Source: an uncultured Thermoplasmatales archaeon
GTDB lineage: Archaea; Thermoplasmatota; E2; UBA202; DSCA01
Length of the DNA: 54,505 bases
Assembly (NCBI GenBank): GCA_964514975.1
Contig: CAZESS010000016.1
Coordinates: forward strand, 1 to 54,505
Direction of reading: 5' to 3'
The translations under genes were made by a program, and so were the position numbers. The notes below the pieces were generated by a model, which saw only the letters and a program-made list of their open reading frames with translations, searched no databases and was not told the origin of the DNA. Position 1 is the stretch's first letter, and each line of letters starts with the position of its first letter. Of this stretch, positions 45,941-54,505 are shown piece by piece.

Positions 45941-48286
45941 ATGAAAAAAACATATCATGTCCTGAGTAGTCTATCAGTAGCGTGTTTGCTTGTCCTGGCA
46001 GCATTTTCCGGCGTTATAGCCGATGCCGCCGCTCCAGTGGCTGCAACGACGACCATGAGTATCTCTCCGCAGGCCCAGACAGTGGCGGTCAACGACACGT
46101 TCACTGTCGACATCGACATTACTTCATCGGAGGCGTTACGGCTCGGGCAGGCCGGTCTCATGTTTACCTCCGGCATCCTCGAGGTCACCGATGTCTCGGA
46201 CGGTGGCATGTTCGATATCTGGGCGCCCGACATGAGCTCAAACGTTCTCAATATCAGCAATCAGAACGGCACCATCAAGGGGATGATTGGGATGAGCCCG
46301 GTCAACCCGGTTTCCACCGGAACCCTTGCCGTCGTTACCTTCAAAGCCACGGCAGCGGGCACAGCCGACCTGCAGTTCATCCTCTCCGATGACCAAACCA
46401 TCGTGAACACGGCAAACGAGACCTACATCCCGGCGACCCAGAACGGCACGGTTACCGTCACCGCTGGCAACCAGCCGCCGTCAACCACGATTACGAGCGG
46501 TCCCACGGGCACCATCTACACCCGCAACGTCTCGTTCACCTGGACGGGCAGCGACGACAACACCTCGGCAGCCAATCTGACCTATACATACCAGCTTGAC
46601 GGCCCCGGCCACGGCGGATGGTCCCGGTGGACATCTGCAACAACCGTGTCATATACCTGGCTCGACGCCGGCACCTTCACCTTTTCAGTCAAGGCGCAGG
46701 ACCACGAGGGCGCCACGGGCGACCCGGCCACGCGAACGTTCACCGTGGCAGACGACACGGCACCGGTCATATCAGAGGTCACCGTCCACAAACAGCCGCA
46801 TGATACAACCGCGACCGTCAACGTTTCATGCAGCGTTTCCGACAACTTCGCTGTCGGCTCCGTCACCCTCCAGGTCACAAGAATCGGGGACGGCGTCCTT
46901 TTCAACAACAGCATGTATTCAACGAGAGGCGGCTACTACTACTACTACTCATATGAATATGGCGAGGGCAACTACACGTTCACCATATGGGCTCGCGATA
47001 CCAGCGGCAACATGGCATCCCGTCAGGACAGTTTCAATGTTACCGGGGCAGACGTCACTCCGCCCACGATATCAGATGTCGAGGCAAGCCCCTCCCCCGC
47101 AGAGGCCGGCGACACCGTCGTTATCTCCGCCACGGTCACCGATGCACGGAGCGACATCGCCGACGTATACCTCGACCTTACCTATCCCAACGGAAGCGAG
47201 CATCACAACTTCTCCATCCTGCAAAACCTGAGCGGCGAAAGCCTCTACTTCTATGAGCACGCCTACACAGACCTCGGCAACTACACCTTCTTCATCTACG
47301 CCGTCGACGGGGAAGGCAATGGCAACACCTCCACGCTGCAGACGTTCGAGGTCGAGGACACCACGCCGCCATCCATCTCCAACGTCACGGCGTCACCCTC
47401 GCCGACGAGTCCCGGTCAGGCCGTCAACATATCCGCAGAGATCGACGATGTCGTCTCCGTCGACGAGGTTTACCTCGAGATAACCGACCCCGACGACGAC
47501 GTCACCAACCACTCCATCACCGGCAATGTCACCGGTGGCACCTACTACAGCAGCCGTACCTACACCGGGCTGGGCACCTACCAGTACACCATCTACGCAA
47601 TCGACGACCATGGCAACGCCGTCACCTCCCCACAGCACACGTTCACCATCCAGGATGTCGCCCCGCCAGCGGTTGACCTCCTCGCGCCCAACAAAAACCG
47701 CAATCTTTCCGGCACCGTGGACATCACATGGAACGCCACCGACAACTATTACGATGCAGCAGACCTCGAGGTCACCCTCAAATACAGCGCCGACGACGGC
47801 TCATCATGGCAGACCATCGTGGCCAACCTGGCGAACAACGGCACCTATGAATGGAACACCGCCGGGCTGGACGACGGCACCGAATACCTGGTGAAAATCA
47901 CGGTTATCGACCCATCGGACAACCAGGGAACCGATCTTTCCAATGGCACCTTCACCCTGGACAACACCGACCCGACCTTCACGCTGGATAAACCAAACAC
48001 GGGCAACCTCTACCTCTTCGACCGACAGGTCCTCCCGGTTCTCCGCAACAAGGCAGTGGTCGTCGGAAAAATCACTGTCACGGTGGCGGCCAGCGACGCA
48101 ACATCAGGCGTCGACTGTGTTTCCTTCCTCGTGGACGGCGTCGAAAAGAAATCAGACCAGGCAGCTCCCTATGAATGGCTCTGGGACGAAACCGCGTTTC
48201 TCTCACACACGCTCAAAATAATCGTCTACGACCACGCCGGCAACCGGGCTGAAACATCCGTATCGGTCAGCATATACAACCTCTAG
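45941..48286 (+). CDS. Secreted protein with an N-terminal cohesin-like module and about six Ig/FN3-like domains
   Basis: Signal peptide; ISPQAQTVAVNDTFTVDIDI..AGLMFTSGILEVTDVSDGGMF..GTLAVVTFKATAAGTADLQF..NGTVTV; D(T/V)xxP-I-S repeats; C-terminal LYLFD..FLVDG..APYEWLWD domain; no TM anchor. Confidence 0.85.
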   Translation: MKKTYHVLSSLSVACLLVLAAFSGVIADAAAPVAATTTMSISPQAQTVAVNDTFTVDIDITSSEALRLGQAGLMFTSGILEVTDVSDGGMFDIWAPDMSSNVLNISNQNGTIKGMIGMSPVNPVSTGTLAVVTFKATAAGTADLQFILSDDQTIVNTANETYIPATQNGTVTVTAGNQPPSTTITSGPTGTIYTRNVSFTWTGSDDNTSAANLTYTYQLDGPGHGGWSRWTSATTVSYTWLDAGTFTFSVKAQDHEGATGDPATRTFTVADDTAPVISEVTVHKQPHDTTATVNVSCSVSDNFAVGSVTLQVTRIGDGVLFNNSMYSTRGGYYYYYSYEYGEGNYTFTIWARDTSGNMASRQDSFNVTGADVTPPTISDVEASPSPAEAGDTVVISATVTDARSDIADVYLDLTYPNGSEHHNFSILQNLSGESLYFYEHAYTDLGNYTFFIYAVDGEGNGNTSTLQTFEVEDTTPPSISNVTASPSPTSPGQAVNISAEIDDVVSVDEVYLEITDPDDDVTNHSITGNVTGGTYYSSRTYTGLGTYQYTIYAIDDHGNAVTSPQHTFTIQDVAPPAVDLLAPNKNRNLSGTVDITWNATDNYYDAADLEVTLKYSADDGSSWQTIVANLANNGTYEWNTAGLDDGTEYLVKITVIDPSDNQGTDLSNGTFTLDNTDPTFTLDKPNTGNLYLFDRQVLPVLRNKAVVVGKITVTVAASDATSGVDCVSFLVDGVEKKSDQAAPYEWLWDETAFLSHTLKIIVYDHAGNRAETSVSVSIYNL

Positions 48287-48387
48287 CTCTTAGCTGCGGT
48301 CTGCCCACCTCGTTGCCCGGGCCGTTTTTCCTCATCCGGAGAACGTCGTAGGTATATGCGGTGCAGACAGCGGCCAGGCCATCCTCC

Positions 48388-48434
48388 AAAAAATCGTAGA
48401 GTAGCGTTTGATAGAACAGAAGACGCGCTACCCT
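48388..48434 (-). terminator. Hairpin followed by a T6 tract downstream of rpl11
   Basis: Minus-strand AGGGTAGCG/CGCTACTCT 9-bp stem (one G.U), 19-nt loop, then ACGATTTTTT. Confidence 0.45.
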
Positions 48435-48453
48435 CCAGCGTCAAAAAGCCAGG

Positions 48454-48933
48454 TCAGGATGCAAAGGAACCGTCGTATTCTCCATCCGCTATCTCTTGCT
48501 CGACCTGTTTCGGGTCCTTGTTATCCACCTTAACGCCCATGGAGACACAGGTGCCAATAACTTCCTTCGTTTTCTCCTTCATCGATTTCCCCAGCAACCC
48601 ATCTTTCTTCATCTTCGCGATGTCGATGGCATCCTGCATGCTGATGCTCCCCACCTTTTCCTCGCGGGGATTCGACGAGCCCTTCTCGATACCTGCCCGC
48701 TTGAGTATGAGCGAGGATGCCGGCGGCGTACCGATCTCTATTTCAAATGCCTTGGTTGCCGGGTCGATGGTGATCTTGACCGGCACCGTCGTATCCTGAA
48801 AATCCTTCGTTTTCTCATTTATCTCGTTCACGACCTCCATGATGTTGACGCCATGGGGGCCCAGCGCAGGCCCGATCGGCGGGCCGGCTGATGCTTTTCC
48901 TCCTTCTACCAGCACTTCTACAACTTCCGTCAT
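48454..48933 (-). CDS. rpl11: 50S ribosomal protein L11 (uL11), archaeal
   Basis: GGKASAGPPIGPALGP, TPPASSL, VIGTCVSMGV. Confidence 0.98.
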   Translation of the reverse strand: MTEVVEVLVEGGKASAGPPIGPALGPHGVNIMEVVNEINEKTKDFQDTTVPVKITIDPATKAFEIEIGTPPASSLILKRAGIEKGSSNPREEKVGSISMQDAIDIAKMKKDGLLGKSMKEKTKEVIGTCVSMGVKVDNKDPKQVEQEIADGEYDGSFAS

Positions 48934-48936
48934 TGT

Positions 48937-49413
48937 TTACTCCTCTTGTTTTTTGAGCACTCGTACCTGCTCGCCCCGCACCGTAATCGGGATTGGCACC
49001 ATCGCCTCCAGCAACTCAACGGTGATCTCCTCCTTCGCGTCATCGATGCGCGTCACCTTTGCCTTCTCACCCTTGAACGGCCCGGATACGAGCTCGATGA
49101 TATTCCCCTCCTCCACGTTGGCGACCGCCGACGGCGGGAAGAGGAAATGTTCGATTTCTTCGAATGCGACATCCTTGTCGAGCACATCGCGGGCATAGCG
49201 CATGTGCCGTATAAGTTTTTTGATGATGTCGACGTCATAGCCCTCCACGAAGATGTAGCCGCGCAGCTCGCGGGGCGCCAGCACCGACAGCACGTCCACC
49301 TTCTCCTTCTTCACCATCTTGTACAGCATGTTCGCGACGTTTTCCTCCTGCCCCACCTGGGTTTTCACCACGAAAACCTGCGATGGCTCCTGCGTTTCAG
49401 ATGATTCCATCAT
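48937..49413 (-). CDS. spt5: Transcription elongation factor Spt5 (NusG family)
   Basis: KTQVGQE, LRGYIFVE, KOW motif VSGPFKGEKAKVTRID, PIPITV. Confidence 0.97.
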   Translation of the reverse strand: MMESSETQEPSQVFVVKTQVGQEENVANMLYKMVKKEKVDVLSVLAPRELRGYIFVEGYDVDIIKKLIRHMRYARDVLDKDVAFEEIEHFLFPPSAVANVEEGNIIELVSGPFKGEKAKVTRIDDAKEEITVELLEAMVPIPITVRGEQVRVLKKQEE

Positions 49414-49414
49414 C

Positions 49415-49681
49415 TTACAGCCCTACAAGGTCTCCGATCCACGGTGCCACCTGGCTGGCCAGCAGATAGATGGCGAAGCCGATGACGCCGATGATGGCGA
49501 TGCCGATAGCCGCCATCTGGGCGCTCTTCACGTATTCCTCCTCCTCCGGGTTCCGGGCCATCTTCAGCACGCGGCCATATTTGCCCTTACCCATCCGCTC
49601 CGTTCGCTTCTCTATCCTGTGCTGCAGCTCCCAGGCGCGCTCCATCGCTGGACTCATTTCCTTGCCACTTTTGTTGCTCAT
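49415..49681 (-). CDS. secE: Protein translocase SecE/Sec61-gamma subunit
   Basis: YGRVLKMARNPEEEEY + single TM; conserved position between ftsZ and spt5; GGTGA RBS. Confidence 0.93.
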   Translation of the reverse strand: MSNKSGKEMSPAMERAWELQHRIEKRTERMGKGKYGRVLKMARNPEEEEYVKSAQMAAIGIAIIGVIGFAIYLLASQVAPWIGDLVGL

Positions 49682-49694
49682 AGGTATCACCCGT

Positions 49695-50819
49695 TTATCT
49701 GATGATGTCGATGCCGTGTTCCTTCTTGGCTTTCATCTCCGCCTCGGATGACCTGCCCAGGATCTGCTTCGATTTCACGCCGGTGACGACCAGCATGACC
49801 TTGATCTCCCGTTTCAGGTTCTCGTCGATGGAGGTTCCCCAGATGATGGATGCGTCGGGATTGATACGTGAATACAGCTCCTCGACGACGCCCTCCGCCT
49901 CCTTGATGGTCATGTCCTCGCCGCCGATGACGTTGACCAGCGCGCCGGTTGCCTCGCTCACGTCGACATCCAGCAGGGGAGACGACAGCGCCTCGGTCAC
50001 CGCCGCCGTCGCACGGTCCTCGCCGTCCGACTCGCCGATGCCGATCATGGCGACGCCGCCGCGCTGCATGATGGTCTTCAGGTCTGCGAAGTCCAGGTTG
50101 ATGAGACCGGGCTTGGTAATCATCTCGGTGATGCCCTTGATGCTCCGCATCAGTATCTCGTCCGCCATTTTGAAGGCGGCGTTGAGCGGCATCCGCGGCG
50201 CAACGTCGAGCAGCCGGTCGTTTGGAATGACGATGACGGTATCGCAGGTATCCCGCAGCCGGGAGAGCCCCATCTCGGCGTTTTCCCGCCGGATGCGCCC
50301 CTCGACGCTGAACGGCATGGTCACGATGGCGATGGTCAATGCGTCGTCCTCCATGGCGTTTTTCGCGACTACCGGGGCGGCACCGGTGCCCGTTCCGCCG
50401 CCGAGCCCGCAGGTCACGAAGACCATGTCCGAGCCCTCGAGTTTTTCGCGGACTTCGGCCTCGCTTTCCATCGCCGCCTCGCGGCCCTTCTGGGGCATCG
50501 AACCGGCGCCGAATCCCTTGGTAACCCGTCGCCCGATGAGGACCTTGTTTGGGACCTTGGCGTGCAGCAGATGCTGCGCGTCGGTGTTCATCGCTATCAT
50601 CTCGGCACCGAACACCTTTGCCTCGACGCATCGCGCGATGGTGTTGGTTCCCGCACCGCCGCAGCCGACGACCTTGATGTTGGTGGTAAGACCCGCGAGG
50701 ACTTCCTCCAGCTCCTTGTTGCTCCTTTCAAGCTCCCGCATGTCGTCCTCGTCCATCCTGACCTCTGGAGATTCACCACTATTAGCACGTGACATTGCTT
50801 CTTCGACTATCTTCTTCAT
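49695..50819 (-). CDS. ftsZ: Cell division protein FtsZ (FtsZ1-type context)
   Basis: VVGCGGAGTN, NTDAQHL, GLGGGTGTG, INLDFAD; AGGTGA RBS. Confidence 0.98.
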   Translation of the reverse strand: MKKIVEEAMSRANSGESPEVRMDEDDMRELERSNKELEEVLAGLTTNIKVVGCGGAGTNTIARCVEAKVFGAEMIAMNTDAQHLLHAKVPNKVLIGRRVTKGFGAGSMPQKGREAAMESEAEVREKLEGSDMVFVTCGLGGGTGTGAAPVVAKNAMEDDALTIAIVTMPFSVEGRIRRENAEMGLSRLRDTCDTVIVIPNDRLLDVAPRMPLNAAFKMADEILMRSIKGITEMITKPGLINLDFADLKTIMQRGGVAMIGIGESDGEDRATAAVTEALSSPLLDVDVSEATGALVNVIGGEDMTIKEAEGVVEELYSRINPDASIIWGTSIDENLKREIKVMLVVTGVKSKQILGRSSEAEMKAKKEHGIDIIR

Positions 50820-50966
50820 CAAATCACCTATTTAAAAGGTAAAACGACAACATTTATTAAAATGTTTTGCTAATGCAGCGCCCGTTCCATCTGAACCCAT
50901 GCCGCGGTATTCATTTTCCCGTGCATAAATGAAAAAACATGTATATGGGCACCCGATAAAAACCAT

Positions 50967-51803
50967 GTGACATTCGAACCGCTTGACAACGAAACCGTCA
51001 AAACACGCCTCACGCCGCACGTGCTCTCATTCCTGCATCTCCACCTGCTCTGGGCCGTCCCGGTCATGTGGAGCATTTTTCTGCTCTGGCTGTACAACGC
51101 GCCGGTCTGGGACGCCGTCAACCTCGGGCTCGACGCGCCGCTCGCCATCGTCGTCTGGGGAGCCGGCCTGGCGCTCATCGGCATTGCTGCCTCCATCGTG
51201 CTGGTGAGATGGCGCATCTTTTTCGCCTATGCAGCGGTCATCGCCATCGGCCTCGTCCTGGCATGGCAGCTCGGTCTCTGGGATGACACCGGGCTGTTCC
51301 TGCCCGCGTATACGATGCTCGTCTTCCTTGTCGGCCTCCCGCTCGTAGAAATCTACCGGCATACCCACCGCTACGTGCTCACCGACCTCCGCATCGTCCT
51401 CCAGGGCGGGCTGTTTCGTTCCAGGCAGCGGAGCATCCGCTACGAAAAAATATCCGACATCGACTCCTCCCAGGGCATTCTCGGCAAGCTGTTCGGCTTC
51501 GGCACCGTCATCCCCATCACCGCCTCCGGCTTCGGCATGGGCGACGATGAATCATTCGCGGGCGGCGGCGTCGCAGCCAGCTCCGGCAAAAAAATCGGTT
51601 TTTTCGGCTTCGCCGGAGGAGAACGAGGCGTCAACACCCCCCGGACGAGGAGCTACTACGAACTGCATGGCATCCACCCCTACCGTGATGTCCGCGCGAC
51701 GCTCGAGGAACTCGTCCAGCAGAGCAGCGTCGCCCCCTACCAGCGGGAGCAGATATCGCTGCAGCGCGAAATCCTGGACACGCTCCGCAGCGGCAGAGAA
51801 TGA
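50967..51803 (+). CDS. Membrane protein with a bacterial PH (bPH_2-like) domain
   Basis: About four TM segments followed by RYVLTDLRI..IRYEKISDI..QGILGKLFGFGTV. Confidence 0.75.
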   Translation: MTFEPLDNETVKTRLTPHVLSFLHLHLLWAVPVMWSIFLLWLYNAPVWDAVNLGLDAPLAIVVWGAGLALIGIAASIVLVRWRIFFAYAAVIAIGLVLAWQLGLWDDTGLFLPAYTMLVFLVGLPLVEIYRHTHRYVLTDLRIVLQGGLFRSRQRSIRYEKISDIDSSQGILGKLFGFGTVIPITASGFGMGDDESFAGGGVAASSGKKIGFFGFAGGERGVNTPRTRSYYELHGIHPYRDVRATLEELVQQSSVAPYQREQISLQREILDTLRSGRE

Positions 51804-52789
51804 ACATCCTGTTCGAGCTCTCCGGGGAGCATCCCACGCTGCCGGCAGCCGAGGCCCGCGCCGTCCTCCGGGCGAGCGATGTTCCATGCACCGTGCAGCG
51901 GCATGGTCGCTACATGACCGCCGAGACCGATGCATCAATGGCAACGCTCCGCAATATAGCCGGTCGCCTCGCCCTCACCCATGCCATCCACCATGTCCAT
52001 GCATCGGGCACCACGGATGACATCATTGCCGCGGTACCATCCATCTCGTTTTCCGGTACATCCTTTGCCCTGCGCGGCCGCCGCGCCAGCGGCAGGGAGA
52101 GCACCAGCTATCTCAAACGGGTCATCGGCGATGCTATCTGCCGCGCGACGGACATGGTTGTCGACCTGGACGCGCCGGACGTGGAGCTGCATGTGCTCGT
52201 CGACGACCGGATATATCTCTGCAGCACCATCGCCGGCGTTGACAGAGGTCAGTACGAACGGCGGAAGCCCCATCATCGCCCGTTTTCGCATCCCATCTCG
52301 CTGCACCCCCGCATCGCCCGGGCGCTTGTCAACCTCTCACATGTTGTCCCGGGAGAGCGGCTGCTTGACCCGTTCTGCGGCACCGGCGGCATTCTCATCG
52401 AAGCGGGGCTCGTCGGCGCTCGCGTTGCAGGAATCGACGTCAAAGCAAAGACCATCGAGGGATGCCGGAAAAACCTGGAGCACTACGGCATCGATGAATA
52501 TACGCTCAATCAGGGGGACGCCACCGTCATCGAGCTCGATATGGTCGACGCCATCGTCACCGACCTCCCCTACGGCCGGTCCACGGTCACCGGCAGAGAC
52601 ATGGAGATGCTGTACCAGCGTGCCTTCGAACGGTTTGCCCAATGGCTCCCGCGGGGACGACGCGCCGTCGTCGGCGTGCCAGAGCGGTGCCTTGCAGCGC
52701 AGGGAGAACGGTTCTTTACCCTTTTAGAGGTACACCCCCTCTATGTCCATCGGAGCCTCACGCGCCATTTCTGCGTGTTTGAGCGATAA
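51800..52789 (+). CDS. trm11: tRNA (guanine-10,N2) methyltransferase Trm11/TrmG10 (THUMP + SAM MTase)
   Basis: LFELSGEHPTLP, RPFSHPISLHPRIARALVNL, LDPFCGTGGIL, TDLPYG; ATGA overlap with the upstream gene. Confidence 0.9.
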   Translation: MNILFELSGEHPTLPAAEARAVLRASDVPCTVQRHGRYMTAETDASMATLRNIAGRLALTHAIHHVHASGTTDDIIAAVPSISFSGTSFALRGRRASGRESTSYLKRVIGDAICRATDMVVDLDAPDVELHVLVDDRIYLCSTIAGVDRGQYERRKPHHRPFSHPISLHPRIARALVNLSHVVPGERLLDPFCGTGGILIEAGLVGARVAGIDVKAKTIEGCRKNLEHYGIDEYTLNQGDATVIELDMVDAIVTDLPYGRSTVTGRDMEMLYQRAFERFAQWLPRGRRAVVGVPERCLAAQGERFFTLLEVHPLYVHRSLTRHFCVFER

Positions 52790-52792
52790 AAA

Positions 52793-53368
52793 TTACCGTG
52801 ACACCAACGGGTTCCCCTCGACATAGAAGCGCAAATCCCTGGGTAAATCCTCGGTGACGCCGATACGCCGCGACGTCGCCACCATCCCGTCGCCGATGTT
52901 TTCTCCCCGCGCGATATGGACGGGTGACTGCTGGCTGTAGACCAGCCGGCCGTTGTCGGATCTGTCGATACCCAGGGCGATGGTGAGCTTGCCGGGCCCC
53001 GACGTCAGATCGCGGAGCTGCTCGCGGTCGCGCCGCCGTTGCATCGTCTCGATGCCCACGAGCGGCTCGACGGCCCGTATCAGCACACCCGACGGCGTTC
53101 CCTCACTCTCCGTTATCACGTTGAACAGCCAGTAGCCATGCACCATGTACACAAACGTGGTGCCGGGGGCATCCCACATCCATCTGCTCCGCTTGCTCAT
53201 GCCGTCCTGCGAGGCCCGCGAGGCAGGATCGGACAGGCCATAATAGGCCTCGGTCTCCACGATTTTCCCTGCAAGACGCTCGTCCTTGCAGACGACAAGG
53301 GTCTGGCCGAGCAGCTCCCGGGCAACCACTGCCGGATCGCGGTCGTAAAACGTCTGCGGCAACGGCAT
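52793..53368 (-). CDS. mpg: 3-methyladenine DNA glycosylase (MPG/AAG family)
   Basis: FYDRD..VARELLG, IVETEAY, VLIRAVEP, SGPGKL, RIGV. Start set at MPLPQT. Confidence 0.93.
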   Translation of the reverse strand: MPLPQTFYDRDPAVVARELLGQTLVVCKDERLAGKIVETEAYYGLSDPASRASQDGMSKRSRWMWDAPGTTFVYMVHGYWLFNVITESEGTPSGVLIRAVEPLVGIETMQRRRDREQLRDLTSGPGKLTIALGIDRSDNGRLVYSQQSPVHIARGENIGDGMVATSRRIGVTEDLPRDLRFYVEGNPLVSR

Positions 53369-53372
53369 GGTG

Positions 53373-54505
53373 CTAGTAGCCGCCGATTTTGAGCGATGGG
53401 TCGCCAAACAGCGCGAACTCCTCAACGGTCTTGTAGTCCAGTACCTCGCTCGTGGGAAAATGCTCGTTGAGATAGTCGGCCTGCGCGCCGCCGTGTATCT
53501 CCCCCAGCATCCGGTGTCCGTCCGCGCCGTACTGCTTGAAGACATGGACGTTCATATACCCGGAGAGCCGCTGAACGCAGTCGGGAATGCCGTCCTCGTT
53601 GCCGTCGCCGATGCTGAACCAGTCATAGCCCGTGTAGGCCAATGTCGCAATCGATCCCCCGCCAAAGGTGCGGGTCAGCCACCACGCCCAGCATTCCGGT
53701 GCCATCTCGCCGTAGTAGATGTAGTCCAGCCATCGCTGCCCCTCATACACCTTGAGCAGGTTGAGCAGGCTGACGTTGAACTGCCCGTTGTGGCAGCCGC
53801 CGACCACGCAGACAGGATACATGCCCTCGTTGGACAGCCTGGTCATGTCTCCGAGGGCAAGGCCGTCAATCCATGTGTCCTCGTCATGGGGCGGATGCGT
53901 CGACCAGCCCATCGGGTTGCCATGCCCGTCGAAAAACAAAAAGCCGCAGCCCTCGTCGACGGCATCGATGACATCCTGCGGCCCGGACAGCGAGCCATCC
54001 GACGTCCACAGCTTCACGGGCGTGAAGCCATCCATGTAGTCCAGCGCCACCCTGTTTTCCTCCTCGCCCTCATAGTAGGGGTCGCCGTCCCGGGGCGCAG
54101 AGTCACCGCCGACGACCACCATCCGGCTGAACCAGTCCGAGCCAGCGGTCGTGGTCTCATAGGTGATGATCTTCTCCACCATCTTTTCCACCTCCAGACT
54201 GTTCCGGCAGGCGAGCCGCCCGACATAGACATCGGGATACAGGTCGACGTTCTCCCGTGTCATCTGGGTGTACTCGGCGAAGCGGTCGTTGCCGTTTTTA
54301 TCCCAGCTTGCAAACACGACATCGCCGTCCTCCTGCCTGTAGATGTCCCCAAAGTAGAGGTCGCTCAGGAATTTTTTCTCGCCGCCGTCGTCGGCATAGG
54401 CGTAGCGCACGGGGCACCACCATCGCTCCTGCAGGAGGCCGCCGTGGCGTCCGCCGACGAGTGTTACGTAGCTGATGCCCCAGTTTTCGAGTGCGTTTTT
54501 GATGA
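53373..54505 (-). CDS. Peptidase C25 (gingipain-like), C-terminal catalytic part; 5' end lies beyond the window
   Basis: The frame stays open to the right edge (IKNALENWGISYVTLVGG...); SDLYFGD, VYVGRLAC, catalytic FDGHGNP and GGCHNG, LFGDPSLKIGGY. Confidence 0.9.
   Translation of the reverse strand, partial: IKNALENWGISYVTLVGGRHGGLLQERWWCPVRYAYADDGGEKKFLSDLYFGDIYRQEDGDVVFASWDKNGNDRFAEYTQMTRENVDLYPDVYVGRLACRNSLEVEKMVEKIITYETTTAGSDWFSRMVVVGGDSAPRDGDPYYEGEEENRVALDYMDGFTPVKLWTSDGSLSGPQDVIDAVDEGCGFLFFDGHGNPMGWSTHPPHDEDTWIDGLALGDMTRLSNEGMYPVCVVGGCHNGQFNVSLLNLLKVYEGQRWLDYIYYGEMAPECWAWWLTRTFGGGSIATLAYTGYDWFSIGDGNEDGIPDCVQRLSGYMNVHVFKQYGADGHRMLGEIHGGAQADYLNEHFPTSEVLDYKTVEEFALFGDPSLKIGGY

Noticed and set aside
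14230-48450. Integrated mobile element carrying the surface-protein cluster
   Set aside because: No integrase, transposase, tRNA target or flanking direct repeats were found.
49702-50835. Long antisense or off-frame ORFs (e.g. 49702..50835, 1189..2346, 6434..7591, 25348..26673, 38452..39780)
   Set aside because: These are shadow ORFs of well-supported genes in GC-rich DNA, with no motifs or ribosome-binding sites.
1-54505. Circular element: the C25 N-terminus at the left edge joins in frame to the C25 C-terminal part at the right edge
   Set aside because: The join would lack much of the propeptide and the start of the catalytic domain, frame agreement is a 1-in-3 chance, and the window carries core chromosomal genes.

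Overview
This is an archaeal chromosomal window, most consistent with Thermoplasmata. The assignment rests on archaeal ftsZ-secE-spt5-rpl11, a THUMP tRNA m2G10 methyltransferase, a class III signal-peptide pilin, GGTGA/GGAGG ribosome sites, TATA-type promoters and three gingipain-like C25 peptidases. The left arm (1-14.3 kb) holds C25 peptidases, a secreted BPL_N/GATase-like protein, a Na+/solute symporter, pyrC, two internally deleted toxin-antitoxin remnants, a type IV pilin with an AT-richer GT-C glycosyltransferase, and tldD/pmbA. The centre (14.4-48.3 kb) is a ~34 kb block of seven co-oriented genes for secreted modular surface proteins. These are two paralogous beta-helix/Ig proteins (1866 and 2093 aa), a small PGF-CTERM-like anchored protein, two proteins ending in dockerin-like modules (1182 and 3612 aa), a membrane-anchored protein with two cohesin-like modules (1330 aa) and a third cohesin-like protein (781 aa). 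The best candidate for an undescribed system is an archaeal cohesin-dockerin cell-surface scaffold with no recognisable cellulases. It is built from Ig-like stalk repeats that carry passenger domains at a fixed loop and show a Cys pattern suggesting inter-domain disulfide staples. The right arm holds housekeeping genes. All domain calls are by-eye motif recognition, not database searches. No CRISPR array, rRNA, tRNA, transposase or integrase was recognised.
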